DNA of 64,000 nucleotides from Trichoplax sp. H2 (lineage: Eukaryota): positions 1 to 64,000 of the forward strand of contig NOWV01000265.1 of NCBI GenBank assembly GCA_003344405.1, written 5' to 3'. The notes under the pieces are model-generated. The model was not told where the DNA came from. It did no database searches and saw only the letters and a program-made list of their open reading frames with translations. A program made the position numbers and the translations under genes. Positions 13,450 through 26,723 of the stretch are shown here, in pieces. The first letter of the stretch is position 1, and every line of letters begins with the position of its first letter.

Positions 13450-15903
13450 GAATCCGATATCTCATTTACTGATTCAACTAAAGAGATCTATCTTTAATAT
13501 TACAGATACAAGCATAATCACGAAGCCTACGCAAGAAGTTATTAGTTTATTATGAATTCATCAAAACTGTAAATTAACGATAGGCGGGGTTATCTGAGTC
13601 TATCTGAGGGATACAATAACTACACGTATATAACAGCAATGATATTATGCGAGTATACTTACACCGTAATGCCACGCAAGAACTGTAAATTATTAAAATA
13701 TACTCAGATCAAACTAGAATTCTACGTACATTACCTTCAAATTGATGAAGGAAATCGATGCTAATCAGCTTTTACTGTCATTATTTTATAAGCAGCAGTA
13801 ATCCGGCATCTACGTGTGGTAAACACATAGTATACATTAAAATTGTCGACAAATATTATCGTAAACAATAGTTTGGATAACTGCAGAGAGAAAACCGATT
13901 TTTCTCTCCTTTAGGAGGATTTTATATTGTTCGATAAACTAATTAGTAGAAGGACTGAATGGATCAAGTCTAATCACTGAATTCATGTACTGTACGCACG
14001 TTAATCAAACGAAATTGACAAGAAATTGAAATTTTTATCCTATCGTTTTTGAGACGCTCTATCGCTCAATAATAAATAGAGTGATATAGCTCATTTCATG
14101 GTTGAACAAATCATCACTCACGTTTAATTTCCACTATTTTGGGATATAACATGGACATAATATGGGTTCTAACATGCTATGGAGTGTCTTTCTATGCTAC
14201 AGTATCTGGTGATGATTCAACTAAGTAAGTAGTTCCATCGTTTACATTACCTATACGAGGTGCAATGGCAGAGCCAACCAAACCTGTGCAATAAATTATT
14301 GGCTTAACGTAGATCGAGTAGAATTGTAGAATAAGGATAATGAAGCGGGTTTTTGAGTCTATCTGAGAATATTACAACATGTATAGCTAATGATGCTATT
14401 TATTGACATGGTTTGGCGTCAATGACTGCAATTTTCTATACGACGTACATCTACATACCCCCAGGTAGGAATTGTCAAGTAGTTGGTTACTCGTAGTATG
14501 AACTCAAACTATGGTCTGCTAGATAGTACCAGGGGACTTCTAAGACAGTAGTTATTTTTGTCTCAGAAGCCATCTACTGTAATAATTGATCCATGATCGT
14601 AGCTAATCGTAGCCATTTCAATCATTGCGATGCACAGAAGTACGTACTTTTCTGGAAACACAGGCGGAGACGATTGTTAATAGTGTAACAGTGCTCCTTA
14701 CAATCCTGTTGTCGATTGTTTAATGCTGTCCATTTCAATTAATAATGGTGTACTAATGCCAGTGTCAGATATGATTTATTGAAGCAAAATCCAGTCAAAG
14801 TTGTGGGCCAGACAGGGTAACCAATAATGCGATCTCGTGTCGTGCTTTTATTACAGGAAAGATAAAAGAAGAAATAATGCACTGTACTGCATGCTGTGAG
14901 TGATACGGCATGCACCTATGATAGTACTGAGTACTAAAGAAAGAGAACAGTATAGACTATGCTCTTCAATTAATTGATAATTATAATTACTGTCGTACAC
15001 ATTATATGGTACTACAATATCACGATAAACGAAAATTGTACATAACAAACTGAAATAGAGAGAATGAGAATTTATTGTTTGCCTGTTAAGATTATATGAA
15101 AGCAACTTTGAAAACTGAATTTATTTATTTAGAGATCAGATTACTGTAAAGTGCCAAGTGTCAGCGATAATAACGTAAAGTGAAAATGTGAAAGTAGATA
15201 CGCGGAGTAGAACGAGCGTGGGTTCTACTAGGACGGTGTTGGATTACAGAAATATATGGATTTAAATGACCATCTCCACTGACTACAGCAGGTAACAAGC
15301 ACAGGCGAGATATCTACAGTGATGCGAATCAATATGGAAATACTTTATGACTTTCTTGAATTTTCCATAGTAAAAGCTGTTAAAATTTCAATAAAAGACA
15401 TCCACTGAATGGATCAAGTCGAATCACTGAATTCATGTACTGTACGCACGTTAATCAAAAGGTGCTAACAAGAAATTGAAATTTTTTATAATTATAATGA
15501 ATAATAATCCTTTATAGATGGGCTCATTTGTGAACAAGATCCTGTGTATCATTCTTAAGTAAGTAATGTTATTTTGATAGCGTAACAGTGACGTGTAAAT
15601 ATAGATTTACGAAAAAATTAAGCTATTAATAAGCACAATAATAAACGAAGTAGGTTCGTAGTAGCTTTTAAATACATTGCGCTACTAACAATAGATAAAA
15701 ATCTGTAGAAATCTGTAACAGTTGCTATAAGTATTATAAAGTTAACCTATCGGAGCTGAAGTATCAGTTTATTTATGACTTCCATTACATATGAATATCT
15801 TACTACTGGATACTCGTCGGCAGTTATTCCTAAACTACATTATTCATTGATTCAGAATACTGTATAGGGTATAAGAGTCTAATTGTATTCACTTTTATGA
15901 TTT

Positions 15904-17962
15904 TTAATACCTACAAATCAATACGTTAATTATTTTTTTGGATATAGATTTAGCCTTTTCCAAAGGTATTAATAAAATTACAAATCCCGCTATAAGTAAT
16001 ATTGTACCGAATATTTTCAATACTGAAAATGATTCTTTGAGGACGATCGCGTCAATAACTGCATTAATTGGTATTCCGAAGAGAGAGCCAAGCGAAACAA
16101 ACACTGGATAAGTAACGGCGACTCCAATAACTATACAACAGCTATATAGCACATTTAATATATTTGTAATCATTAGAGGCTCCCAAGGAATTTGAGACCA
16201 GACAAGATTTTCAATTCCCGTATAATGAAATATGATGACGGATATCCATCCCAACAACAAGTTAATAATACCAATAATCGTCAACAACATTGCCCCTTGA
16301 ACTGATGATGCATCACCGATAAAAAATTTTTCGTAGACCTAACAAATATTATATATCTTTTATTACATTATACTTTAAAAGAAATAAATAAAACATCTAC
16401 AAATATTGATAAATAACTAAATTAGAATTATCAATACTCACGCGGAAACAAGCTGCGCTGAAAGCAAACATTGTTGATAAAATAACACCAAGAGCTGCGA
16501 AAGAACCAAAGCCATCATCATATGCAAAGAGTATAATACCTCCTGTAGACAAGCATACTGCTAATGCCTGACAAAATTGATAATTTTTTAAAATGTTATT
16601 CTTATTTTATGGACAAAGCATTATTACTCTAATTAAGAGTTATGTATTATATTTCTGTCTCTATTTATGCTTATTGCTGTCATGGTTTATGAGTAATGAT
16701 TATGATATATTTACCCTAAGCAATATTAACGGCTCTTTCAAAAATATAATAGATAAAATATAGACCATAGCAAGTACCGACGAAAAAACTGCTGTAACAT
16801 TCGTTGGGGTAGTAAAATTTAGAGGATAAAAGTTTAATGTAATAACTATATTTAGGAGTATTGCTAAAGGTAGGAAGCGTAACCAAAAAGTCTTCTTGAT
16901 ATCTTTACGTGGATAAATTTTAATTGATTCTCTAGATAATATCAAAACATCAAAAGTGATGTAAGCCTTGTTGCTGTCGCTTAAGTAATTATAAAGGTTA
17001 GCTGATTGTCGCTTGTCAGTAAAAATTGTATCTACAAGATATAAACTGAAGGTATTCCTACGTCTGTAATATGTTTATCTAACTAGTTTAGTTAATCAAT
17101 AGGCGTTTAGTGATTTCAATAATGGATTAATATATAGCGTATAAAATATTGCCGTGGATACCTATAGATTTGGCCAAAGTTTTCACCCTTGAAAATCATT
17201 AAAAGTATGGCGTAGAGTGGGAAAACAAGTGAATTAGTTGAAGTTGCAATCCTAAAATTTGGATTAATTACCGTAACTTACATTAGTGTCATTAATTCAA
17301 TAAAGTTATAAAATTTCAATGCTCAATCTAATCTATCAAATACATGACAAATTTGTATATCGATATCTTTATCATTATTTTATAGCTAAAAAAATATTAT
17401 GTTAGGGAATAAATATAATGGTGTAGTAAGCTGGAGAGAATATTATTATTATTATTTAATACCGTACTGTACGTATATTGTATCATCTTATTGCAGTAAC
17501 ATGTAATGCTAGTACAATATGTTAAAATTATACGCTTTACTACCGTACCAAGTAAATAACGTTATGGAAGTGAAATTACTCTCGCTTGAGACTGTAAGCT
17601 GTCCAAACTGGTTAATAAGACTGAAACTGATAGCTGTTCCAAGAATAATAATAATTCCATAGATTGTTTTACGAATGGTTAATTCAGAAAACGTTGATTT
17701 CCCTTCCTCGTCGTCATCTTATAGTTGAATTTTAAATAAAGCATAGTTTACGGTTAGTTGAATAATTAATAGAGTATTTTACTTTATAATAAAGAATCGA
17801 AAAATATCGGGTAGTGTTAATTTCTAGATTTAAAATTTTATATGTATATCGTACTCGCTCTATACAATAGTCAGTAATACAGCATGAAATATTCCTACCT
17901 GTAGAGACTTTATTCAAGGATTCTATAGCCATCTCATAGCTATTTATAGAACAATTATCCAT
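15904..17962 (-). CDS. SLC35F3/F4-like copy D, 6 exons
   Basis: MDNCSINSYEMAIESLNKVST|DDDEEGKSTFSELTIRKTIYG...|...|ESIKIYPRKDIKKTFWLRFLP...|...YPVFVSLGSLFGIPINAVID...LICRY*. GT-AG introns sit at the same positions as in copy B. Confidence 0.85.
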
Positions 17963-19729
17963 TTTCAGTTAGTGTTTGTTACGATTTCTTTCCAATCTAA
18001 GAAAGATTGGTTATGTATATTAATTATTGATTACATTATCTGTCTGTTTTATCTCTAATTTAAATATTTGTTAACATTACTGCGAATTATCGTGATTATG
18101 AAGTAAAATACAATTGGTAGTCTTAGTTAAAGGTACTTATACGTAAGGATAAGTGAATATATCATGTGCATCTACAATGTACACATATCCATGCATATAT
18201 CGAATAGAACGATCTATCATATTTAACGGTGGTATATGTTAATTATATCTAGTTCGAAACATTCTGTATACGTAAGCTAACCACCGATAGAGATATAAAG
18301 ACTTATACATTCTGCTGTATAATTCAGCTAAAGCATTGGTTATAATCCTTAACGCTGTGCATGCTAGGGTACCGTACCGAATCAGCAGTATATGTACAAA
18401 GCAATTACTGGCTACCAATAAATCTGTTAACGTTAGGCTTAAGAATTGAGCATTCCGTATTAGGTCTAACGAGAACAAGATCGATTTAACTTAAAGCTGT
18501 AGAATATGGATAATTATGCGCTTAGTAGCTGGAGAAAGTTGAGTAGAAATAGAATTTGCTTTACTTAATAAAATAGAAATGTAAAGTATATCTGTACCAG
18601 TACAAGTATCTGTCTACATTTATATTTTATTAAATAGTGAAAGCAACTTATAATTCTACTCGATTAACTCAATACACAGGAATATACGAGTAATATTCAT
18701 TCAAACCGCTACGCGTTGCAATAACGATACATACAGAGTGGTCCAGTTGGGGAATAATTCCTACATCAGGTGAACATACAGATATAAGTGTGTAATGTAA
18801 CTTAGTATTGTGATTGTAGACTGTTAGCCATGTTTAGTATAGTCTAGGGTAGATATTTATCCTAAGAGATATTTGGTAGCCATAACTATAGACTGTAGTG
18901 GTATAGACTCTATGCTAGAGTACAGTTGACTATATACAGTAAGGTGTTGAGTTACTAATAAGGTTATAGGTAAAAATAAAACTGTAAATCATATATTCGG
19001 ATATGGTTAATTCATTGTACTTTGGCTGGTGTGAATAATGTCTACGTAAATACTGAAGTCGTATCCATATCGGATTAATGATGGTCCGCAGTAGAGTAGA
19101 GTTACTAAGAATAATTTAACTACAGTATGTGTAAAATCAGGTAAAAGGTTGCCGTGCAGATTGTAGCTGCGAATGCTACGAAAAGTATAAAAGCATGCAA
19201 CTTTCGATTATTCTGTTAGTTCGTTCTAGAAGTCTTTAGTAGTAGCATTCGGCTAGGGTAGAGCCGTGTGTAGTTAATCTTTGTATAAGATTCAATAAAG
19301 CACTTATTTTTCTAAAATTTGGAATTTCGTGATTGGGTATATATCACAAAGTGCAAAACGTTCAAATTTTCAAGACAATGTCAATCTAAAGTTATTTCTT
19401 ACCATGTATCATCAGTTGGAATACTAATCATGAATTATTTCGTTGAAATACGTGCTCTGTAGTTTGCGTTGTACCTTTTCAGAATGAGTGTAGCAGCTGC
19501 TACCTTGCTGCACTTATTTTTGTATGACCCTGTCCATGATAGCAGTAAACGTTGTCTCCTTTTCTAAAAGTAGTAGTACAGTACTACTACACTTAGACTA
19601 AAACGTTCATGTACACTTTACTAATATACTGCGATTTTAATTTCATTTTAATTAAAGCCACAAACGTCTTTAAGAAACCTCAATCCCCAAGAGGATCCGA
19701 AAGCTCTAAGGTTTCCTCTGCCAAAAATA

Positions 19730-19875
19730 ACACTGTACTGTACTGTACTGTACTGTACAGTAGATACCTCGCTCGTATACAGTACGTACTGTACTTGTGA
19801 GTTAATTTGACTGCGCAGTAGTGTATTGTATACTGTAGTAATATACTGTACAAGTGTACAGTACTGTACTGTAAG
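19730..19875. repeat. CAGTA/TACTG low-complexity tract upstream of the PMF1-like gene
   Basis: Repeated ctgta and tacagtac words. Confidence 0.85.
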
Positions 19876-19954
19876 GAGTCTCACCTGTTGTTTAATACGC
19901 ATGAGCGGTTACTAGCCGAACCGCAGTGGCGCGTATTATAATAGTGAGAACAAG

Positions 19955-21164
19955 ATGGATGCAGCAGACTTGCGAGAGGTCAACTTGCGTAAAGCTCTTA
20001 ATTTAGCAGTAGAAGATGCCACCAAGAAAGCGCAGTAAGTGGAAATTGAATTGTGTATGATTGTAAATGATAGACAGGTAAATCGTTGGAATGACAATAA
20101 CAAGTTCTTCAAGTGGTTCTAGTGATAATAAAATATGGAACTTAGTCGATTTCATCACCACAAATTGAGTTTGTAGTAAAGAGTACAATTTGTTGAAGGC
20201 TAGAATGTATTCAAACTCGACATAATTCCTTGTTAATGGATTGATCAGGGCTAAATGTGTCAAGTTATATCGGCGTCAATCTAAGCATAATGCTTCCAAT
20301 CCAAAACCTGAAGTTGCGTTAGAAATTATACAACAATGCCTAGAAAAACTGAAAAAGTCTATGGAGGTTTGTATAATATGTACGTTATCTTGTTTTCCGA
20401 TCAAGTCTTCTTGATGAAAGTCTTACAGTACTGTATACTGCTTTAAATGAGTCTATCGTATAACTTACAGCGAATAAAGTCAATCTGTTTCTAATTTGAA
20501 AGGAGTCTAAGTATTTACATTACATAGGTACGTTGGTGTAGGATGATTGTGAATACTAGACACTATTATATATACAGCCTGTTAGCCTGTCAAGTTGTAA
20601 GCAATAAACATCTGTATTCCAATATTGACAATTGTTAGGACGAGTTTCAAGTTATGTTAGAGGAAGAGGAAATTCCGTTAGCTTTAAAAGAATTGGTTAG
20701 AGTACAGAATCAATTTTATCAGCATTTTCCTGATCGTAAAGGTGTAAAAGCTTGGTAAGCCTTCTGTTAACTCAATTAAAATTGACTTAAAGGGAAAAAC
20801 TTTCTTTCATTGAACATTCTATACAGTCATATTCATGAAGATATGAGACTAAATATCGTATTTGTAAATAATCCTGTTACTTTATGTACTGAAGGCGTCC
20901 TACTAATCATTCTTTAACGGATGGACGCAGCGAAAGAATGAAAGAGAAGTTCTACTACCTCAATCAATGCAAGGATGATTTAGTGAAGGTTTGTAATACA
21001 ATCATCATTCAATCAGTATATAATAACGGTAGAATGGTGTGTGTAGTTATTCGTTCGTTTTATAATTAATATTTTTGGCATTATAGATCAAGCAAGAAGT
21101 GGCAGATGCTGCAGAAATATTAAAACAACGACGCCAGATTATTGACGATCATTTCTCATGCTAG
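19955..21164 (+). CDS. PMF1: PMF1/Nnf1-like kinetochore (MIS12 complex) protein, 5 exons
   Basis: MDAADLREVNLRKALNLAVEDATKKAQ|AKCVKLYRR...LEKLKKSME|DEFQVMLEEEEIPLALKEL...KAW|RPTNHS...DDLVK|IKQEVADAAEIL...HFSC*. The AWRP motif and the preceding acidic helix resemble PMF1/Nnf1, and splice phases are consistent. Confidence 0.65.
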
Positions 21165-21929
21165 TATCTGACGCGAAGCTAGGTATATGTTGCAAAAATT
21201 TTGTTTTCACTAAGATACGATATGTGCATATTGGCATCAACGATTATAATAATTGTTATGAATACTATTTGCATAACAACTTTTTATTTGCAATTAGATA
21301 CGTCTGCCGTTGCTCGAGAAGATAAAAAGAGAGAAAAATAAAATAGAATTGACGATATCAATAATTACGCATCGGATGTTTTATTATTTTTCACTGCATC
21401 AATTGTATATTCTAACATTGAAAAAATTTTAAGATTTTATTGTGTACCATGTTGTCCTAATACGAAGATGATAAGACATCTTCATTTACTAAATTGTAAG
21501 TTGTTTTTTAGAGTGCCTTATTCTATATTTAAGCTTCTGCACATCTACTGCAGTTTTTAATCGAATACAATAAGCTGCTAATAATTCATTTACGCCTTGT
21601 CCAGTTATTATTATCATTGCCAAGATACGTTAGATTAATAGTGATACGTAATATATATAAACACGTAATGTATGATATATAGAATATTACTGCTTAAAAA
21701 AATTGAAGACATCCTTTTCGTCGTAATATATTTATGTCTGTCGTTGCAGAATACGTAATTAGTATACTCGATATCGCACAAATTGTAGTGATATTTTTTG
21801 GGAATAATGTACAGGAATATATAGTATATAACTCATTTAACATTTTTTATCAAAATCAAATTTGTGATACTGAGTGCAATACTGCTAGTAGATCTAGCAT
21901 ATTATTAAAAATCATACAATATTAACAAC

Positions 21930-24093
21930 TTAATAACGCCTTTTAGGAAAGATGCGAATGAAAACAATCATAGATATGAATATAAAGCATACAAAAGCCA
22001 GCATAATCCATAACCACCATGCGCACGGCTTTTTTACATGCTTTGAAAGTCTGTCAGATTCTACCTTTAATCTTTCGTAATTGGAATCAGCAGTTTTATT
22101 TATTGATTGAAGATTCTGGCATCGCCGAGAAAAAAAGAAAGCAGCATCTTTACCTTTATTCTAACAGACTCCATTCCAGGAATTGATACCAAAACATTCT
22201 AGTAGTATAGTTACTGTAAAGTAGTTATCTGCAGTGATTGAATGCATTTATTATTACCTTATTATCTTCTTGAATTATAGCACGCGTTAGTAAACTAGTT
22301 TGCTTTAAGCTCTTGGCCATACCAGCCATTTCTTCAGTTATCTTTTCATGATTGGCGCGGTGGTATTTTAATAAGGCATCGTCATCAACATTATCGTCGG
22401 TAGAGTTTTCATCACCCAGTAACCTGTTATCATTGTTTAGGAGGTCGTTAATATCCGTGTGATGGCGTAGAGAGGCTACATAGTGTCACACTTAATAAAA
22501 GAAATTCGCTTTCTACCGACTTGTTCTATACGTGTAACGTATTTATGAAATTAATCATACCTCTTTCTTAATGATGCTTCTTCTTGGCCTTTCAGTGATA
22601 ACATTTTTTACCAAATACAATATAGAGTTAAATTAGTCATCAAACTTACATGAGTAGATGACTGTTATAGATATCTATTCTTGGTACTTACCTGGTAATG
22701 GATTTTTTTTCTTGATGTCCTATGACCAAAGATCAAACAGCATTAAAATGATATCATTTATAGTGCGTTTATATCAAGGTATACTATTGTATCATACTTT
22801 GGAAAATAACTCCTCCTTCATATCTTTATGATATTTAGATCTTGCAAGATAGTGTAAATTCTTTCCATTTTCGTCAGGATGACTATCACTGTTAAGTAGA
22901 TATCGGGCTGTTGTAGTCGGTTGTTCGATTTCACTTGTTCTTTTTCGTGACTATCAAGATAGCATTAAGGTAAAAATTAAATGATGATATAAGAGAATAA
23001 ACTGTAGCGAAATATCACCAATATCGATATCATATCTAATATGCTTCTGTATCTTATGTGCAAGTTTAACACGTGTATTCATAATTATATAATCGGAGCT
23101 GGTATGCTGTCAAAATAACTACAGTCATTGAAAGTTGGAACTGGTATCGCATGTACACATACAACATACCATATGATACTATTACAAGTACCTTTTCATT
23201 TTCAACATAACACTTCAAGAAATTCATTCTCTTAGTATAATCAGTGATACTTTGAGGACCGGAGTAGCTATGTGGAATTATTGATAACTTTATTAGGGTA
23301 GACGTAAACAGTATCGATCGATAGGATTGAGTCATTCATTGATTAAAGTAGCAATGTAATTTTAGAACTATGACGGAACTATTGTTTAGCCTACAGCATA
23401 TTAGCTAATAGCAATGACTATCGAATTGTGGTAGCTATACAGTAATTATTCTCGTAAGATATTACGCAGTTACTGTTTACGTCAGCACAGCTTACAAGAG
23501 TCTGCTACAGTATCTATGGTTTTTTGTGGATGATCACTTTAGTACGATAGAGTTGAACTCGTTTAGCATGTTGCCTAATAAGAACGAGATCATCTACGTG
23601 TATACTTGTACTCACTATACAGTACTACAGTATCGTCAAGTTGGCATCGTTAACATAATCCATTGATCAACGAAAAGAATTTCAACTTACCTGCCGGATT
23701 TTTCTAATTCAAGATACTTGTTATACAACGTATCGATAAACTGCAACATGACAAAGTACAATCAAAGGGTCAATTACACTTAGTTGAGATTGATGGTATT
23801 CATTTCCTTCATAGCAGGTACTATGTACAACAGCATTGTATTTGATAGTCGACTACAGCACAAAATTATTTCAAATATCTTGACCGACGAATAAATGAAG
23901 AATACCAACAATACCATGATACTGTTATTTGAATAACGACAAGTCCACGTCTATCGACTGTCGACATTGATCTATTTACCCTTTCTAGTCTCCAGTCAAT
24001 TGGCTTATCCGTTCTTGTAATTTCTGATGCCATTGCTTCACAACGTGATAGCAAACGCTGAAAATCAATTTCTATTCTAGTCATGGTAACCAT
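21930..24093 (-). CDS. USE1: Vesicle transport SNARE USE1 (multi-exon)
   Basis: N-terminus RIEIDFQRLLSRCEAMASE...WRLER. Later exons include YHRANHEKITEEMAGMAKSLKQ (SNARE coil) and a C-terminal transmembrane segment ending ...IRIFPKRRY*. Confidence 0.9.
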
Positions 24094-24240
24094 GATTGGA
24101 TTATTGAACTCGTTTCTACTTTCAGGATTTCCTAGTTTTAGCTTGTTGCACAGTCTGTATCAATTTCAAAAATAGAGATGATCCTTCGGTGGATTTCTTC
24201 CTACGATAAGATAATAGCACTTAGTCTGAGTAGCGCCGTA

Positions 24241-25513
24241 TCACCGACACAGTCTATCCACGACTTCGATTCCTCTATGGAATGCAATTAATGCCTTTAC
24301 TTCTATTTATTTATTAATAGAAATGTGTTTGCTGCAGTTAGCTCCCAACATTTAGCCAAAGGACAAGATTGGGTTGAGTTTGATCATCCCGGTGTACAGT
24401 GTACAGTGCACAGTACATATGAGCGTTCAGTACTGTACACTGTATAGTACTGACATGCTCACAGTGGAATTAATGTACACAGTACAGTACTGGAAATACT
24501 GTACACTGTACACTGTACAGAACTGACATGCTCACTGTGGAATTAGTGCACACAGTACAATACTGGAAATACTGTACACTGTACATTGTACAGTACTGTA
24601 CTGACATGCTCACTGTGGAATTCGGGCACACAGTACTGTACAGTACTGGAAATACTGTACACTGTACACTGTACAGTACTGTACCGTATACTGTAGGAAC
24701 CCTGAAAACTGAGCTGGAACGTGAACTGGAACCCTGAAAAGACTTTTGTATAGAAACTACAGTATCGCTTTGTGGGCTAGAGTGAAATGGAAGGCACTGG
24801 TCTAGTAGCGCTTGTAGCTAAACCTGTCTTGTACAATTGTACTACAATATTTGAGCCAGCATTGCCATTGCCAAGGACAACAACTGGAAGAAGGAAGAAG
24901 CCTTGNNNNNNNNNNNNNNNNNNNNTCACCGACACAGTCTATCCACGACTTCGATTCCTTTATGGAATGCAATTAATGCCTTTACTTCTATTTATTTATT
25001 AATAGAAATGTGTTTGCTGCAGTTAGTCCCCAACATTTAGCCAAAGGACAAGATTGGGTTGAGTTTGATCATCCAGGTGTACAGTGTACAGTACATATGA
25101 GCGTTCAGTACTGTACACTGTACAGTACTGACATGCTCACTGTGGAATTAATGCACGCAGTACAGTACAGTACTGGAAATACTGTACACTGTACACTGTA
25201 CAGAACTGACATGCTCACTGTGGAATTAGTGCACACAGTACAGTACTGTACAATACTGGAAATACTGTACACTGTACACTGTACAGTACTGTACCGTATA
25301 GGAACCCTGAAAACTGAGCTGGAACATGAACTGGAACCCTGAAAAGTAGACTTTTGTATAGAAACTACAGTATCGCTTTGTGGGCTAGAGTGAAATGGAA
25401 GGCACTGGTCTAGTAGCGCTTGTAGCTAAACCTGTCTTGTACAATTGTACTACAATATTTGAGCCAGCATTGCCATTGGCAAGGACAACAACTGGAAGAA
25501 GGAAGAAGCCTTG
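24241..25513. repeat. ~600-bp direct duplication flanking a 20-N assembly gap (24241..24905 vs 24926..25513), with internal CAGTA-rich minisatellite
   Basis: Both copies start tcaccgacacagtctatcc and end ggaagaagccttg. N run at 24906..24925. Confidence 0.95.
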
Positions 25514-25529
25514 GATTAATCAAAGACCG

Positions 25530-26723
25530 ATGGCTTTCACTTTATACGCCTTGTTAGAAGCGGCTCTGCTATGTATTAATGCCATTGCTATCTTGAATGA
25601 AGAGCGATTTTTAGCCAAAGGTATCGTACCGTTATTCTATGCACAGTGCAGTATTGTGACGAGAGTAGAATTCACTTTCCAACTACTGTAAAGAACTGTC
25701 AATCCAAAGTCTTCCTCCTTACTCATCAGTTGAACATAAGTAGAGTGGATATAACTTGATAGAAGTTGGATAGTATTTCAATTGAAAACGATGCAATAAG
25801 ATGGATGATACAATGTTGAAAGTGCTCTAAATATCCTACATACAAGCAGACTACAAACTTCAGATATCATACTGTAGACGAATTAACCGAATCGTTTTAG
25901 TCTACAATACAAATACTTGCCAAGACTTCTACTTTAGTTCTATATAAGTAGACTTAAATGAACTGTAAGGTAAAGTATTTCATTGATGATGGAGTCGATA
26001 ATTGAACGATAATCTTGATGAATACGGTACATCTATCATCATACAAAGAATACTATACTGTAAATGATGCTTTGTGTATTGGACAATTCAATATCCTAAA
26101 CTGTCAGTAGACAGTACGTAGTACTCGTTGATTCAATTATACATCATGCCAATAGATGAACATTGGATTGCCTTACAAAGTAATTGCTGGCAAATAGATG
26201 ATGAAGAACAATGATGATATAACTGTCTAACTAGAATGATCTATCATTTCAGTCGGTTGGTCCTCATCTCAACCTCAAGGATATGGCGAAGAAGAAGGGG
26301 TCAAGAGTAAACTTATGAACGTTATTAAATCAGTGCAAACATTACTAAGAAGTGAGTACAAAGAATAATGCAGTTAGCGTTGTGAATAATTTAGTGACAA
26401 ATAGTGTAATTTATTACCCAGATGGTGTTAATTGAAACATACAGTACAGTAGTATACTTTTACCCGTATATACCATAAATAGGAGTAGAGACGCAGGATT
26501 AAAATGTAAAAATAGACTAAATACGATCAATCTTATAGCCACTACAGTGTTAATACTTAACATGGTTAACGACTGTGAAAAGATGGTTGATCTTACTTTG
26601 TATAATGTAGCAAAGTTGGAATTGGCAAACTACACCAATTCTTATTCCTGTTTTTTTCTTAAAAAAGTTCCCCTTATAGGTCTCAACATTGTCACAATAC
26701 TTCTCCTATTACTATTCGGATAA
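25530..26723 (+). CDS. IER3IP1: IER3IP1/Yos1 small ER membrane protein, 3 exons (25530-25620, 26253-26351, 26668-26723), 81 aa
   Basis: MAFTLYALLEAALLCINAIAILNEERFLAK|VGWSSSQPQGYGEEEGVKSKLMNVIKSVQTLLR|IPLIGLNIVTILLLLLFG*. Confidence 0.95.

Noticed and set aside
24528..25529. ORFs rich in TVQY/CTLY and the N-terminal extension MEGTGLVAL... of IER3IP1
   Set aside because: These are translations of CAGTA repeats and the gap duplicate. IER3IP1 homology begins at MAFTLY (25530).
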